Shown here: piece by piece, positions 16,818-25,620 of the stretch
Layout: each line of letters opens with the position of its first letter
Numbering within the stretch: position 1 is the stretch's first letter
Source: Gammaproteobacteria bacterium
GTDB lineage: Bacteria; Pseudomonadota; Gammaproteobacteria; GCA-001735895
NCBI GenBank assembly: GCA_050295575.1
Contig: JBNKPX010000006.1
Coordinates: 1-60,999, forward strand
DNA length: 60,999 bases
Direction of reading: 5' to 3'
The notes under the pieces: model-generated
What the model was told of the DNA's origin: nothing
The model's input: only the letters and a program-made list of their open reading frames with translations
Database searches by the model: none
Program-made: the position numbers and the translations under genes

Positions 16818-19205
16818 ATGAAACGTTCAATCATATCCGCCGCAATTCTGGCTGCTATGGGTTTAGGTACGGCAACATCTGCCTCCGCTCTTACACTGGA
16901 TCTGTGTGCTGGAGAATTCGAGATAACCTCTCAGTCTATAGATGGTAATACTACGCCGATTAAAATGTGGGGTTATGCGCTGGGAACCATGACTGCTGGT
17001 GCCTCTGCCAGTGGCATGGTTTGTGTCAATAAACCGACTGCGCCAGGTCCGCGCATAACGGTCCCTGTGGGTGATCCAGAACTGGTGATTCATTTGCATA
17101 ACGCTTTACCACGAGCTACCTCTTTGATTATTCCTGGCACGGTAAAGGTTGGTGCGAATGCAATGACTCCTGTTTTCTTTACCGATAACAAATTAAACCA
17201 GCGGGTCCGTTCGTTTGATAAAGAAGTAGCACCGGCAGGCATGGAAACCTATAGCTGGTCAAACCTCCAACCCGGAAGTTATATGTATCAATCGGGAACG
17301 CATCAGCAGGTTCAGGTTCAGATGGGGCTTGCTGGCCCTGCGACCAAGGACTTTGCTGCGGGTCAGGCATATGCAGGAGCCAATTCTGTATACGCACAGG
17401 ATACCCTGTTGATCTATAGTGAGATCGATCGAGTGATCCATGATGGAGTGGCTGCTGGCCAATATAACGAGAGTGATATGCAGAGCACGGTGCACTATGC
17501 ACCCAAGTACTTCAACCTGACGATTGTCAATAATGGGTTGACTGGTTCAGCATTGTTCAATGATGTGCTGGTGTGGAAGATGCCACCAAATCAGCGTCCA
17601 TTAGTGCGTATGTTTAATGCCAGTAGCAAGATTCATGTACCTACGGTACTGGAAGCCGGTTTTGACGTGATTGCTGAAGATGGCAAGCAATATCCTAATG
17701 TGCATAAGGAATATGCGGTTGCCCTGCCTCCGCTGAAAACCAAGGATGCATTTTTGAATATCACTGGTGAAGGCTTCGCTTTTGGACCATTTTTTCCACC
17801 CGTTGGGTCATCCTTCCGCCTGACTGATGCAGCGATGTCGGTGAGTAATCCGATACCAGCTACCGGGGCGGTATTAGCTCTTGCTGAGCATCATGAAATC
17901 GCTAACGGCAGTGACAACGGTATGGTTGTTCATATCGAGATCGAACCTCAGCCAGGCTATAGCAGTACTACACCATTGACCGATGCAACTATGATAGCCA
18001 GGCGTGATGAAGCTCAGGTCGATGAAGGTGGAATGGTTAATATCAATGTCGTTGGCAATGATTTAAATGCTACTGGTGCCGTGTTGACTGTCACTTCTGC
18101 ACCCAAGCATGCTGAAAGCTATACCATCAACGGTGGAACTATCAGTTATCAGCATGATGCAACTGAAGCGGGCAGGGATTCATTGATCTACACACTCACC
18201 AAAGGTACAGAGGTTTCATCTGCTGCTGTGGTGATTGCAGTGAATTCATCCAACGATGCGCCTATAGCAAATCCTGATAGCGCTACAGTGAAAGTGGGTC
18301 AAACTGTTGAAATCCGTGTAACGGATAACGACACCGACGCGGACTCACGAGAGCTTAAGGTTCTATCAGTTGATGCTAGTGGTTTAAGCAATGCCCAGTT
18401 AGTCAGCTTTGTTGATAAAGCAATTACCGTAACCGGTGTTACTGCGGGCGATGCTGAAACAATGAGCTACGTGGTATCGGATGGTGACGGTGGTTTAGCT
18501 ACCGGTCAGCTAACGCTCTCAGTGGTAGACGCAACTAGCGGTACGGGTGGTATCTATGGTAGTGGCAATAATGGTAGCGGAACGGGTGCTGGTACGACCG
18601 GTAGCAAGCCTGAAACCAATGAAGACAAGTTCGAAGTGCATGAGCACGGTATCTACAGCACCGTGGGTAACAAGATCCTGGGTGTACTGGCGAACGACAT
18701 CGAGAATGGCGGTAAGGTAAGTCCTACTCTGGCTATCTACCCTGAGCATGGTTCGGTTGAAATGTTTGAAGATGGTACTTTCGTGTATACGCATGATGGT
18801 TCCGAATCTAGCGAAGATGGCTTTACCTACGAGGTTTACAATGACTTTGGTTCCACCAAAGGCGAAGTGGAGATCAAGATACTGCCTAAAATGGATCCAC
18901 CAAGAACCAATAATGACAAGGCTAGAACCAATGTGGATACACCAGTTACTATCGATATCCTGAGAAATGACAAGGATAAAGATAGCAACAAGAGAGCAGC
19001 AACTATTGTGATTGATGTCTCTAGTGTATCTCCTGGTGCTAAAGTTGAGGTAGTAAATCAGAGGGTTGTCTACACTCCTGCACCCGGTTTCTCCGGTAGA
19101 GACAGTTTTAAATATAGTCTGAAAGACGATAAAACTGGAGAGGCATCACATCGATCTGCAAGGGTTAGTGTGAAAGTGAAAAGCCATCATAAACATGACG
19201 ATTAA
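16818..19205 (+). CDS. Ligand-less cupredoxin chain C fused to tandem Ig/cadherin-like repeats
   Basis: Sec signal. The MCO scaffold is recognisable (PGPRITV, GSYMYQSGTHQQVQVQMGL) but lacks HxH/HCH motifs. Four repeats of the P-x-x-N-x-D...NDxD...DSFxY type. C-terminus HHKHDD. Confidence 0.8.
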   Translation: MKRSIISAAILAAMGLGTATSASALTLDLCAGEFEITSQSIDGNTTPIKMWGYALGTMTAGASASGMVCVNKPTAPGPRITVPVGDPELVIHLHNALPRATSLIIPGTVKVGANAMTPVFFTDNKLNQRVRSFDKEVAPAGMETYSWSNLQPGSYMYQSGTHQQVQVQMGLAGPATKDFAAGQAYAGANSVYAQDTLLIYSEIDRVIHDGVAAGQYNESDMQSTVHYAPKYFNLTIVNNGLTGSALFNDVLVWKMPPNQRPLVRMFNASSKIHVPTVLEAGFDVIAEDGKQYPNVHKEYAVALPPLKTKDAFLNITGEGFAFGPFFPPVGSSFRLTDAAMSVSNPIPATGAVLALAEHHEIANGSDNGMVVHIEIEPQPGYSSTTPLTDATMIARRDEAQVDEGGMVNINVVGNDLNATGAVLTVTSAPKHAESYTINGGTISYQHDATEAGRDSLIYTLTKGTEVSSAAVVIAVNSSNDAPIANPDSATVKVGQTVEIRVTDNDTDADSRELKVLSVDASGLSNAQLVSFVDKAITVTGVTAGDAETMSYVVSDGDGGLATGQLTLSVVDATSGTGGIYGSGNNGSGTGAGTTGSKPETNEDKFEVHEHGIYSTVGNKILGVLANDIENGGKVSPTLAIYPEHGSVEMFEDGTFVYTHDGSESSEDGFTYEVYNDFGSTKGEVEIKILPKMDPPRTNNDKARTNVDTPVTIDILRNDKDKDSNKRAATIVIDVSSVSPGAKVEVVNQRVVYTPAPGFSGRDSFKYSLKDDKTGEASHRSARVSVKVKSHHKHDD

Positions 19206-19233
19206 CCTCAAAAGTTAATCAATTGAATTAACT

Positions 19234-19247
19234 GTGCAGGGACGCAC
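19234..19247 (+). promoter_or_regulatory. GGA-loop hairpin (possible CsrA site) between the oxidase and T2SS genes
   Basis: GTGC-AGGGAC-GCAC. Confidence 0.3.
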
Positions 19248-19407
19248 GGGAGATTCATTTATTAATCTCTAACACATATTTTTCTTTTTCTTGCCAGGGC
19301 CTGTTAACACTAATAAACATGGATACATTCGATATATGCAGCAAGGTTGTTCCTGAGCTCCTGCTTTATCGCTTTATTCTTTTACTGTAGCTTTAATATC
19401 TGTCACT

Positions 19408-21192
19408 ATGATTCGAAATATTCCAACATATAGTAGTTTTGAAGATCTGTCGAAAGAAGATATGAGCGCAGAGAATCCAGCAACTGAAAGCGGTCAGAGT
19501 TTTTTATTCCCTGATGATGAGCTTCAGTTTGTTCAGTCATTACATGCAAAATCCATCCTGTCGAAAGGCGATCTCAAGAAAATAGAGATGCTGCTTAAGT
19601 CAGGCAAGACCGATCTTTCGGTTGTCCAGTTAGTTTTAAGTTTAGGTCTGATATCAGAAAGTGATTTGCTCAATCATCTTTCGTCATTAGGTCGTATGCG
19701 CATTCTACAGCCTGAAGATTATCCTGATGAGCTTTATGCGAGGGCTACTTTTAATGCGCAGTTTCTCAAGCAGTATCAGATGGTAGTGATTTCTGACTCC
19801 GATGAGATCATGGAAATCTGTATTAATGATCCCTTTGCGCGTGGTCTGCAGCAGGCACTTTCCTTTGCTATCGGTAGCAAATTTCTAAAAATTCGTCTTG
19901 GTTTTAAAAAGGATATCGAAGAGGCGCTGGAGCGTATTCTGATGACCAAGGCCGAAGCATTTTCGAATGATAAATTCGATGAGATAGACGCCGTATTACT
20001 GGATCGGGATATACAGCAACTAAAAGAACTGGCCAGTGAAGCGCCGGTTATCAAGGTGGTTAACACCATTATCAAGGAAGCAATTCTAAAGAATTCTTCG
20101 GATATACATCTAGAGCCACAAAGCCATCAACTTAAGGTACGTAATCGTATCGATGGCGTTTTAATTACAGTACGTGAGGTGCCGGTCAACATGGCGGCGG
20201 CTGTCGTATCCCGTATCAAGATTCTGTCAGATCTGGATATTGCCCAGCGCCGAGTTCCGCAGGATGGTCGATTGAATATGAATATCGACGGTCAGGATGT
20301 GGATATCCGTGTTTCCATTATGCCGACCATTCATGGTGAAAGTGTTGTACTCAGGTTGCTGTACAAGAAATCGATTAACTTTGATTTTAACAGCCTGGGC
20401 TATTCAGAATATAACCAGAGTCGTATCTTCCAGATGCTGAATAAGCCACATGGCCTGATTCTGGTGACTGGCCCAACGGGAAGCGGAAAATCAACTTCCC
20501 TGTATGCGATGCTGCAACAGATTAATGATTCGGAAAAGAAGATTGTTTCGGTAGAAGATCCTGTCGAATACAAGATTGAAGGCATAAACCAGGTTCAGGT
20601 TAACCCCGAGGTTGGGGTGAGTTTCTCCAATGCCCTAAGAGGTATTGTGCGACATGATCCGGAAGTGATTATGGTGGGTGAGATGCGTGACTCGGAAACC
20701 GCAGGCATTGCCATCCGTGCCTCCATGACCGGGCATTTAATTCTTACTACCCTGCATACCAATACGGCTATCTCAAGTATTGATCGTCTGATGGATCTGG
20801 GTGTGGAAAAGGCGTTTGTATTTTCTGCCCTGATCGGTGTGGTAGCGCAAAGACTGGTACGGAAACTATGTGATCAATGTAAGGTGCCAGTGCAGTCTTC
20901 TTTGATTACATTACATACAGAAACTGGAGATGCCAGCATTACAGATCAGATGGGTTGTTACGAGCCGGTAGGCTGTGAGCATTGTAATGGCACCGGGTAT
21001 AAAGGTCGTTTATCGATCTGTGAAGTGATGATATTAAATGATGATTTTCGCTCCGAGGCTTTGTCTGGTCACAGCAATATGCAACAACTGGCCTGGAAGC
21101 ATGGCATGCGCCCGATGGTGGTCGATGGGTTTGAAAAAGTAAAATCGGGACAGACGACTGTTGACGAATTGTTCCGCATGGTTCTGGAGTAA
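19408..21192 (+). CDS. gspE: Type II secretion ATPase GspE (start may be 19462)
   Basis: Walker A GPTGSGKST, EDPVEY, RHDPEVIMVGEMRD, TLHTN, and tetracysteine motif CDQC/CEHC. Confidence 0.93.
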   Translation: MIRNIPTYSSFEDLSKEDMSAENPATESGQSFLFPDDELQFVQSLHAKSILSKGDLKKIEMLLKSGKTDLSVVQLVLSLGLISESDLLNHLSSLGRMRILQPEDYPDELYARATFNAQFLKQYQMVVISDSDEIMEICINDPFARGLQQALSFAIGSKFLKIRLGFKKDIEEALERILMTKAEAFSNDKFDEIDAVLLDRDIQQLKELASEAPVIKVVNTIIKEAILKNSSDIHLEPQSHQLKVRNRIDGVLITVREVPVNMAAAVVSRIKILSDLDIAQRRVPQDGRLNMNIDGQDVDIRVSIMPTIHGESVVLRLLYKKSINFDFNSLGYSEYNQSRIFQMLNKPHGLILVTGPTGSGKSTSLYAMLQQINDSEKKIVSVEDPVEYKIEGINQVQVNPEVGVSFSNALRGIVRHDPEVIMVGEMRDSETAGIAIRASMTGHLILTTLHTNTAISSIDRLMDLGVEKAFVFSALIGVVAQRLVRKLCDQCKVPVQSSLITLHTETGDASITDQMGCYEPVGCEHCNGTGYKGRLSICEVMILNDDFRSEALSGHSNMQQLAWKHGMRPMVVDGFEKVKSGQTTVDELFRMVLE

Positions 21193-21194
21193 TT

Positions 21195-22388
21195 GTGTAT
21201 AAATACCAGGCCTTGAATAACAAGGGGGAGTTTGTTGAAGGAGAGTTAAGTCTGTCCAGCGAAGAGCGGGTTGTGGAAGAATTGCTCAAACTTAATTATG
21301 TTCCCATCAAGGTTAGCAGCGTAAAACCTGAAAAAACTATTTCTCTCAAACTTTCCATAAAAGACAGGTTTGAGGTCCAGCAGTTTTTTGAAAATCTCTA
21401 TGATTATCTGGATTCAGGTTTATCTATCGATAAGGCGTTGGAGCTAGAAGCCAGAGGTATGGATCACTCAAGCGGGCAGGACATGATCGTCGAATTACTC
21501 GATCAGGTTCGTCAGGGAGGCAGCCTTTCGGAAGCGATGAAATCGCAGCCTGAATATTTTACTTCTTTGCACACGGGTATTGTTCAGGTAGGTGAAGAAA
21601 CCGATTCGCTTACTGAATCGTTCCAACTACTTTCTTCACTCATCAGTGATCTCAATGAGTTTAAGCAAAAGATAAAATCCGCGCTGGTTTACCCGATGAT
21701 CCTGACTGCTGTCATGTTTCTCTCCATCCTGATTTTATTTGGTCTGGTGATACCGCGCTTTGAAGCTTTATTTGTCAGTATGGGTATAAAAATGGAAGGT
21801 TTAACCGGCTTTATCGTCGGTATATCGAATGTATTGACCGAACAGTATCAACTGCTGCTGATTGCTTTACTGGGGATCATTATGTTGATGCGTAACCTGG
21901 CTGGTCGATTTAAGCAGGATATAAAATTTACCGGTTTTTTGCTCAGTCTGCCCATGATTGGTGACATGATTAAGCAATATAACCTGTATCTGATTTCGAG
22001 GATTCTTTCGATACTGCTGGCAAAGAATATTACCGTGCTGAAATCGCTGGAATATGTCAGGGATGCTATCGCGAATCTTGTATATAAAAAAGAGATAGAC
22101 AGCATGGCCCTTGAAATCAATAAAGGGACAGCAATGAACAATGTGTTTAGTAGCAGCTTATTCAGTCAGCATTTCATTTATATTGTCACCATAGGTGCAG
22201 AAACAGGACGCCTTGCCGAATCATTTTCCAAGCTTGCGAAGTTTTACTATAAACAGCTGGATGTTCGTATCAGGGCACTAATGGTTTATGTAGAGCCCAT
22301 CATTATCATGGTACTGGGCCTGGTGGTCGGTATGATAGTGGTGACTATGTTGCAGGCTATTCTCAGCATCAATGAGTTGGTAGTTTAG
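21195..22388 (+). CDS. gspF: Type II secretion inner-membrane protein GspF
   Basis: GspF/PilC pattern VGEE...KIKSALVYP and GAETGRL...EPIII, with three TM segments. Confidence 0.92.
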   Translation: MYKYQALNNKGEFVEGELSLSSEERVVEELLKLNYVPIKVSSVKPEKTISLKLSIKDRFEVQQFFENLYDYLDSGLSIDKALELEARGMDHSSGQDMIVELLDQVRQGGSLSEAMKSQPEYFTSLHTGIVQVGEETDSLTESFQLLSSLISDLNEFKQKIKSALVYPMILTAVMFLSILILFGLVIPRFEALFVSMGIKMEGLTGFIVGISNVLTEQYQLLLIALLGIIMLMRNLAGRFKQDIKFTGFLLSLPMIGDMIKQYNLYLISRILSILLAKNITVLKSLEYVRDAIANLVYKKEIDSMALEINKGTAMNNVFSSSLFSQHFIYIVTIGAETGRLAESFSKLAKFYYKQLDVRIRALMVYVEPIIIMVLGLVVGMIVVTMLQAILSINELVV

Positions 22389-22441
22389 TAATTCTATATG
22401 GCTGCAGACGGTGTTAATTTAATCAAAGAACTGGAAAAGAA

Positions 22442-22861
22442 ATGAAACAGAGAACAGCAGGTTTCACCCTGGTCGAATTACTGGTGGTGTTAATTATTCT
22501 GGGGCTGGTTGCGAGTATTGCAGGCCCTAATGTTATGAAGTATCTGGGCAGTTCAAAATCTAAAACTGCCAGGCTACAGTTAAAGGAGATTGAGTCATCC
22601 GTCGAGCTTTTTTTCCTCGACACCGGACGCTATCCACCGAATGATCCGGGACTGAAGGCTCTGGTTAATAATGATGCTTCGATTGCGGGATGGAGTGGTC
22701 CCTATTTCAAAAGTGGACAGATTCCGCTTGATCCCTGGGGTAACAATTACCTGTACCTGTCACCCGGAGAGCATGGGCCTTTCGATCTGATGAGCCTGGG
22801 AGCTGATAACCAGCCAGGTGGTGAAGGTGATGACAAGGATGTGACTAACTGGGCGCAATGA
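22442..22861 (+). CDS. gspG: Major pseudopilin GspG
   Basis: G|FTLVELLVV prepilin motif, DTGRYP, DPWGNNY, SLGADNQPGGEGDDKDV. Confidence 0.96.
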   Translation: MKQRTAGFTLVELLVVLIILGLVASIAGPNVMKYLGSSKSKTARLQLKEIESSVELFFLDTGRYPPNDPGLKALVNNDASIAGWSGPYFKSGQIPLDPWGNNYLYLSPGEHGPFDLMSLGADNQPGGEGDDKDVTNWAQ

Positions 22862-22862
22862 T

Positions 22863-23303
22863 ATGCGTAAAACCGGCTTTACTCTGGTTGAAGTTCTTGT
22901 TGTTCTAACCATAGTTTCGGTGGTGGTCGGATCTATCAGTTATGTCGTCATTGGTGGAGGAAATGATTTAAAGTCAGTGTCTCAGGATATTGTTCAGTCA
23001 ATGCGACTGTTACAGCAAAGATCCATACGCGATGACAGGCCCTACCAGATCGAGATCGATCTGAATGCCAATACTATCAGTTTTCTGGAAAAGGAAATTG
23101 CTATCCCTGAAGCTTTTTCTGTCACGGTAAAAACAGCTGCAAGTCAGGTAATAGAGGACAGGCTGGTCGGTATGACCTTTTTCCCCGATGCAAGCTCTAC
23201 CGGAGGTTCGATTGTGCTGGAATCGGATAAGGAAGCCTATGAAATAATGGTGGTCTGGATTTCTGGAAAAATTCAAACCAGCTACCGTAGTAAATCTTCC
23301 TGA
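22863..23303 (+). CDS. gspH: Minor pseudopilin GspH
   Basis: G|FTLVEVLVV, FFPDASSTGG, and position after gspG. Confidence 0.85.
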   Translation: MRKTGFTLVEVLVVLTIVSVVVGSISYVVIGGGNDLKSVSQDIVQSMRLLQQRSIRDDRPYQIEIDLNANTISFLEKEIAIPEAFSVTVKTAASQVIEDRLVGMTFFPDASSTGGSIVLESDKEAYEIMVVWISGKIQTSYRSKSS

Positions 23304-23692
23304 TGAGAGGCTTTAGTTTGTATACCCATCACGCCACCTCAAATCATCAAAACGGTATGACGCTACTGGAAGTGATGGTGGGTTTTGTGATCTTTAGTGC
23401 ATCGCTGGTAGCTATTCTGGACTATGTGTCCAATCAGATATATCTGAACCATTTAACAGAAAAAAACCAGCACAAAGTTCGTCTGATTTATGACTATTCC
23501 CTGACCCAGGAGATGGGGGTAGATGCGCAGCAGTCTTTTGCATCAACCCTGACCGATTTCAATCTTTCATTTGATTCGACGGTTATAGATTCCTTCGAAA
23601 GCAGAAGAGGGAATATGGTGTTAACTAAAACCATAATCTCTGTTGAGGACGGGGGCAGTTCCTATGACTGGTCTATCTATGAAATTAACTAG
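23303..23692 (+). CDS. gspI: Minor pseudopilin GspI
   Basis: G|MTLLEVMVG prepilin motif and gene order. Confidence 0.75.
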   Translation: MRGFSLYTHHATSNHQNGMTLLEVMVGFVIFSASLVAILDYVSNQIYLNHLTEKNQHKVRLIYDYSLTQEMGVDAQQSFASTLTDFNLSFDSTVIDSFESRRGNMVLTKTIISVEDGGSSYDWSIYEIN

Positions 23693-23701
23693 CAGGATAG
23701 T

Positions 23702-24313
23702 GTGGGCCAGATGAACCTCAGACCCTCAGTATGCATAAAATCAGGACAGTGTATTCAGCAAGGTTTTACGCTGGTTGAAATGCTGGTTTCGCTGGTACTT
23801 AGTGCAATTATATTTGTCAGTGCTTACCAGGTAATCTCCAACCTGATCCAGTATCAGGTTCGTTATAACGAAAATAGTGAAAGGCAGATGGATCGCCTGT
23901 TGCTGAGAAGTATGATTGGCCAGATTTTAAGTAAGGGGCTACATCAGTCTGATCTTTATTTTAAGATACAGAAAAATCCATTTTTTAAAGGTAATTCGGA
24001 TTCCATTCAAATTATCTCAAGAGCATACAGTGATCATTTTGATGTGCCTGGATATCGCATTTACAGTCTATCGGTAAATAACAATGAATTGTTTGTCAGT
24101 TATAAGCGTTTTGATGAAGAGTCGGTATTTGGTGAAGCGGTAAAGCAAACCAGTGGTATCAGAATAGAGAAGATAGGTTTTAGATATTATCTTGATGGCG
24201 AATGGCTGGATCGATGGAGTCAGGTAGATAGCATTCCAAAGCTGGTAAAAGTAATCATAACCCTGCCTGATAATAATACCTTTGAATGGGTCAATCAGAC
24301 AGGGCAGGCATGA
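23702..24313 (+). CDS. gspJ: Minor pseudopilin GspJ
   Basis: G|FTLVEMLVS and the C-terminal W-x-D-R-W...PKLVKV pattern. Confidence 0.8.
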   Translation: MGQMNLRPSVCIKSGQCIQQGFTLVEMLVSLVLSAIIFVSAYQVISNLIQYQVRYNENSERQMDRLLLRSMIGQILSKGLHQSDLYFKIQKNPFFKGNSDSIQIISRAYSDHFDVPGYRIYSLSVNNNELFVSYKRFDEESVFGEAVKQTSGIRIEKIGFRYYLDGEWLDRWSQVDSIPKLVKVIITLPDNNTFEWVNQTGQA

Positions 24314-25125
24314 TGTTTGTACGGCGCACAAGAAGATGTAGTCAGGGCTCAATTTTGCTGTATGTGTTATGGATTCTGGTGGTTATATCAGCACTTGCTT
24401 TTAAATTATCTTCTGCTTCCAGAGTGGTCATGACCAAACAGGTTTCAGAGGTCAGTCAGATCAAAAAAAAACTGCAACTAAGATCTGCAATACAGTTCGC
24501 CCGCTTTAAAATAAACAGTAATAATTGGGAAAATATAAAATTTGAACAAAATTTGAACGACCAGCGGATTTCTATACAGATTTATAATGAATCCGGCTTT
24601 GTCTCGCTCTATGATCTGAGTAGTCAGTCACTAAAAAATGTACTCGATAGCGCTAACATAAGCAGCGATGGTCTGGGTGATTTTAAGTATCTGGTCGAAG
24701 AAAAAAATCTGCGGTTTAATGACTTTGCAGAGTTAACCCAGTTTGAAGGTATAACAGAACAAGAGGTGAACGCGTTAATTCCTTATGTGAGTATCTACCA
24801 TGAGGATGCAGTTAACCCAGACAAGTCTCCGGCATCGGTTTTATTGAAGCTAGAAGGCGTTGACCAGTATCGGGTGAATAAAATAATAGAAAGCACTGAT
24901 GCGGAAGAAAAAAAGGTGCTCAGGAAGGAGGTTGTAGAGATTCTTAAGTCGCATAATTTTGCCACCTCCGAGAATGAAACTAATTATTTTCGCTTACACA
25001 TTTCGCTAGATTCCCGTTTATACAGGGTATTTCTACGATATGACCGGCGCAGTAAAGGTTTTGTTGTGGTGAATATGATTTCCCCGGTTGATATCTCCAG
25101 GGAAGTTCTGGATAAGTCATCCTGA
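24310..25125 (+). CDS. gspK: Minor pseudopilin GspK
   Basis: G|SILLYVLW (no Glu at +5, as is typical of GspK), NESG, and the FAELTQFEGI helix-hairpin segment. Confidence 0.8.
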   Translation: MMFVRRTRRCSQGSILLYVLWILVVISALAFKLSSASRVVMTKQVSEVSQIKKKLQLRSAIQFARFKINSNNWENIKFEQNLNDQRISIQIYNESGFVSLYDLSSQSLKNVLDSANISSDGLGDFKYLVEEKNLRFNDFAELTQFEGITEQEVNALIPYVSIYHEDAVNPDKSPASVLLKLEGVDQYRVNKIIESTDAEEKKVLRKEVVEILKSHNFATSENETNYFRLHISLDSRLYRVFLRYDRRSKGFVVVNMISPVDISREVLDKSS

Positions 25126-25168
25126 AGTATCAGGGTTTATCAAATAAACATGATTGGGCTAGAAATTA

Positions 25169-25618
25169 ATGATGAAGTTTCAAAGTTGTAACAAGATTCA
25201 ATTCGTTTTGGTTTTACTAATATTGACCATCATGACAGCGGTATCAGCAGACAATGCTGAACCGAAAACTATCGATCTTGAAAAGGACTGGGGAGTACAG
25301 CCAGTGATGCTTAGAGTATCGGCAGGCGGTTATATGATTGAATTTCGCTATAAGATACTGGATACAGAAAAGGCCCAGATATTTACCAGCAAAAGTGAAA
25401 AGGATTTTCCATTCCTGCTATCCATGAAGAGTCGAGTCAGGTTAGGTGTGCCATTTGGCACCACTGTTGGCTACCTTAAATCTAACCGGAAATTTCTGAA
25501 ACAGGGCAAGAATTACATCACCATGTTCTCCAATATAAATCGTCATATGTTACCCGGAGATCAGGTAAAAATTCAGATCAGTGATCAAGTCTCTGAAGTA
25601 CTCACTATTGAGAAATAA
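25169..25618 (+). CDS. Exported hypothetical protein
   Basis: 149-aa ORF with a signal-peptide-like N-terminus, embedded in the operon. No function recognised. Confidence 0.7.
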   Translation: MMKFQSCNKIQFVLVLLILTIMTAVSADNAEPKTIDLEKDWGVQPVMLRVSAGGYMIEFRYKILDTEKAQIFTSKSEKDFPFLLSMKSRVRLGVPFGTTVGYLKSNRKFLKQGKNYITMFSNINRHMLPGDQVKIQISDQVSEVLTIEK

Positions 25619-25620
25619 TT

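Noticed and set aside
14040-19205. Chains B and C as decaying pseudogenes, or the cluster as CopA/CueO copper resistance
   Set aside because: The frames are intact with signal peptides and RBSs, and ligand loss is complementary rather than random. There is no Tat signal, Met-rich insert, CopB or Cu-efflux gene.
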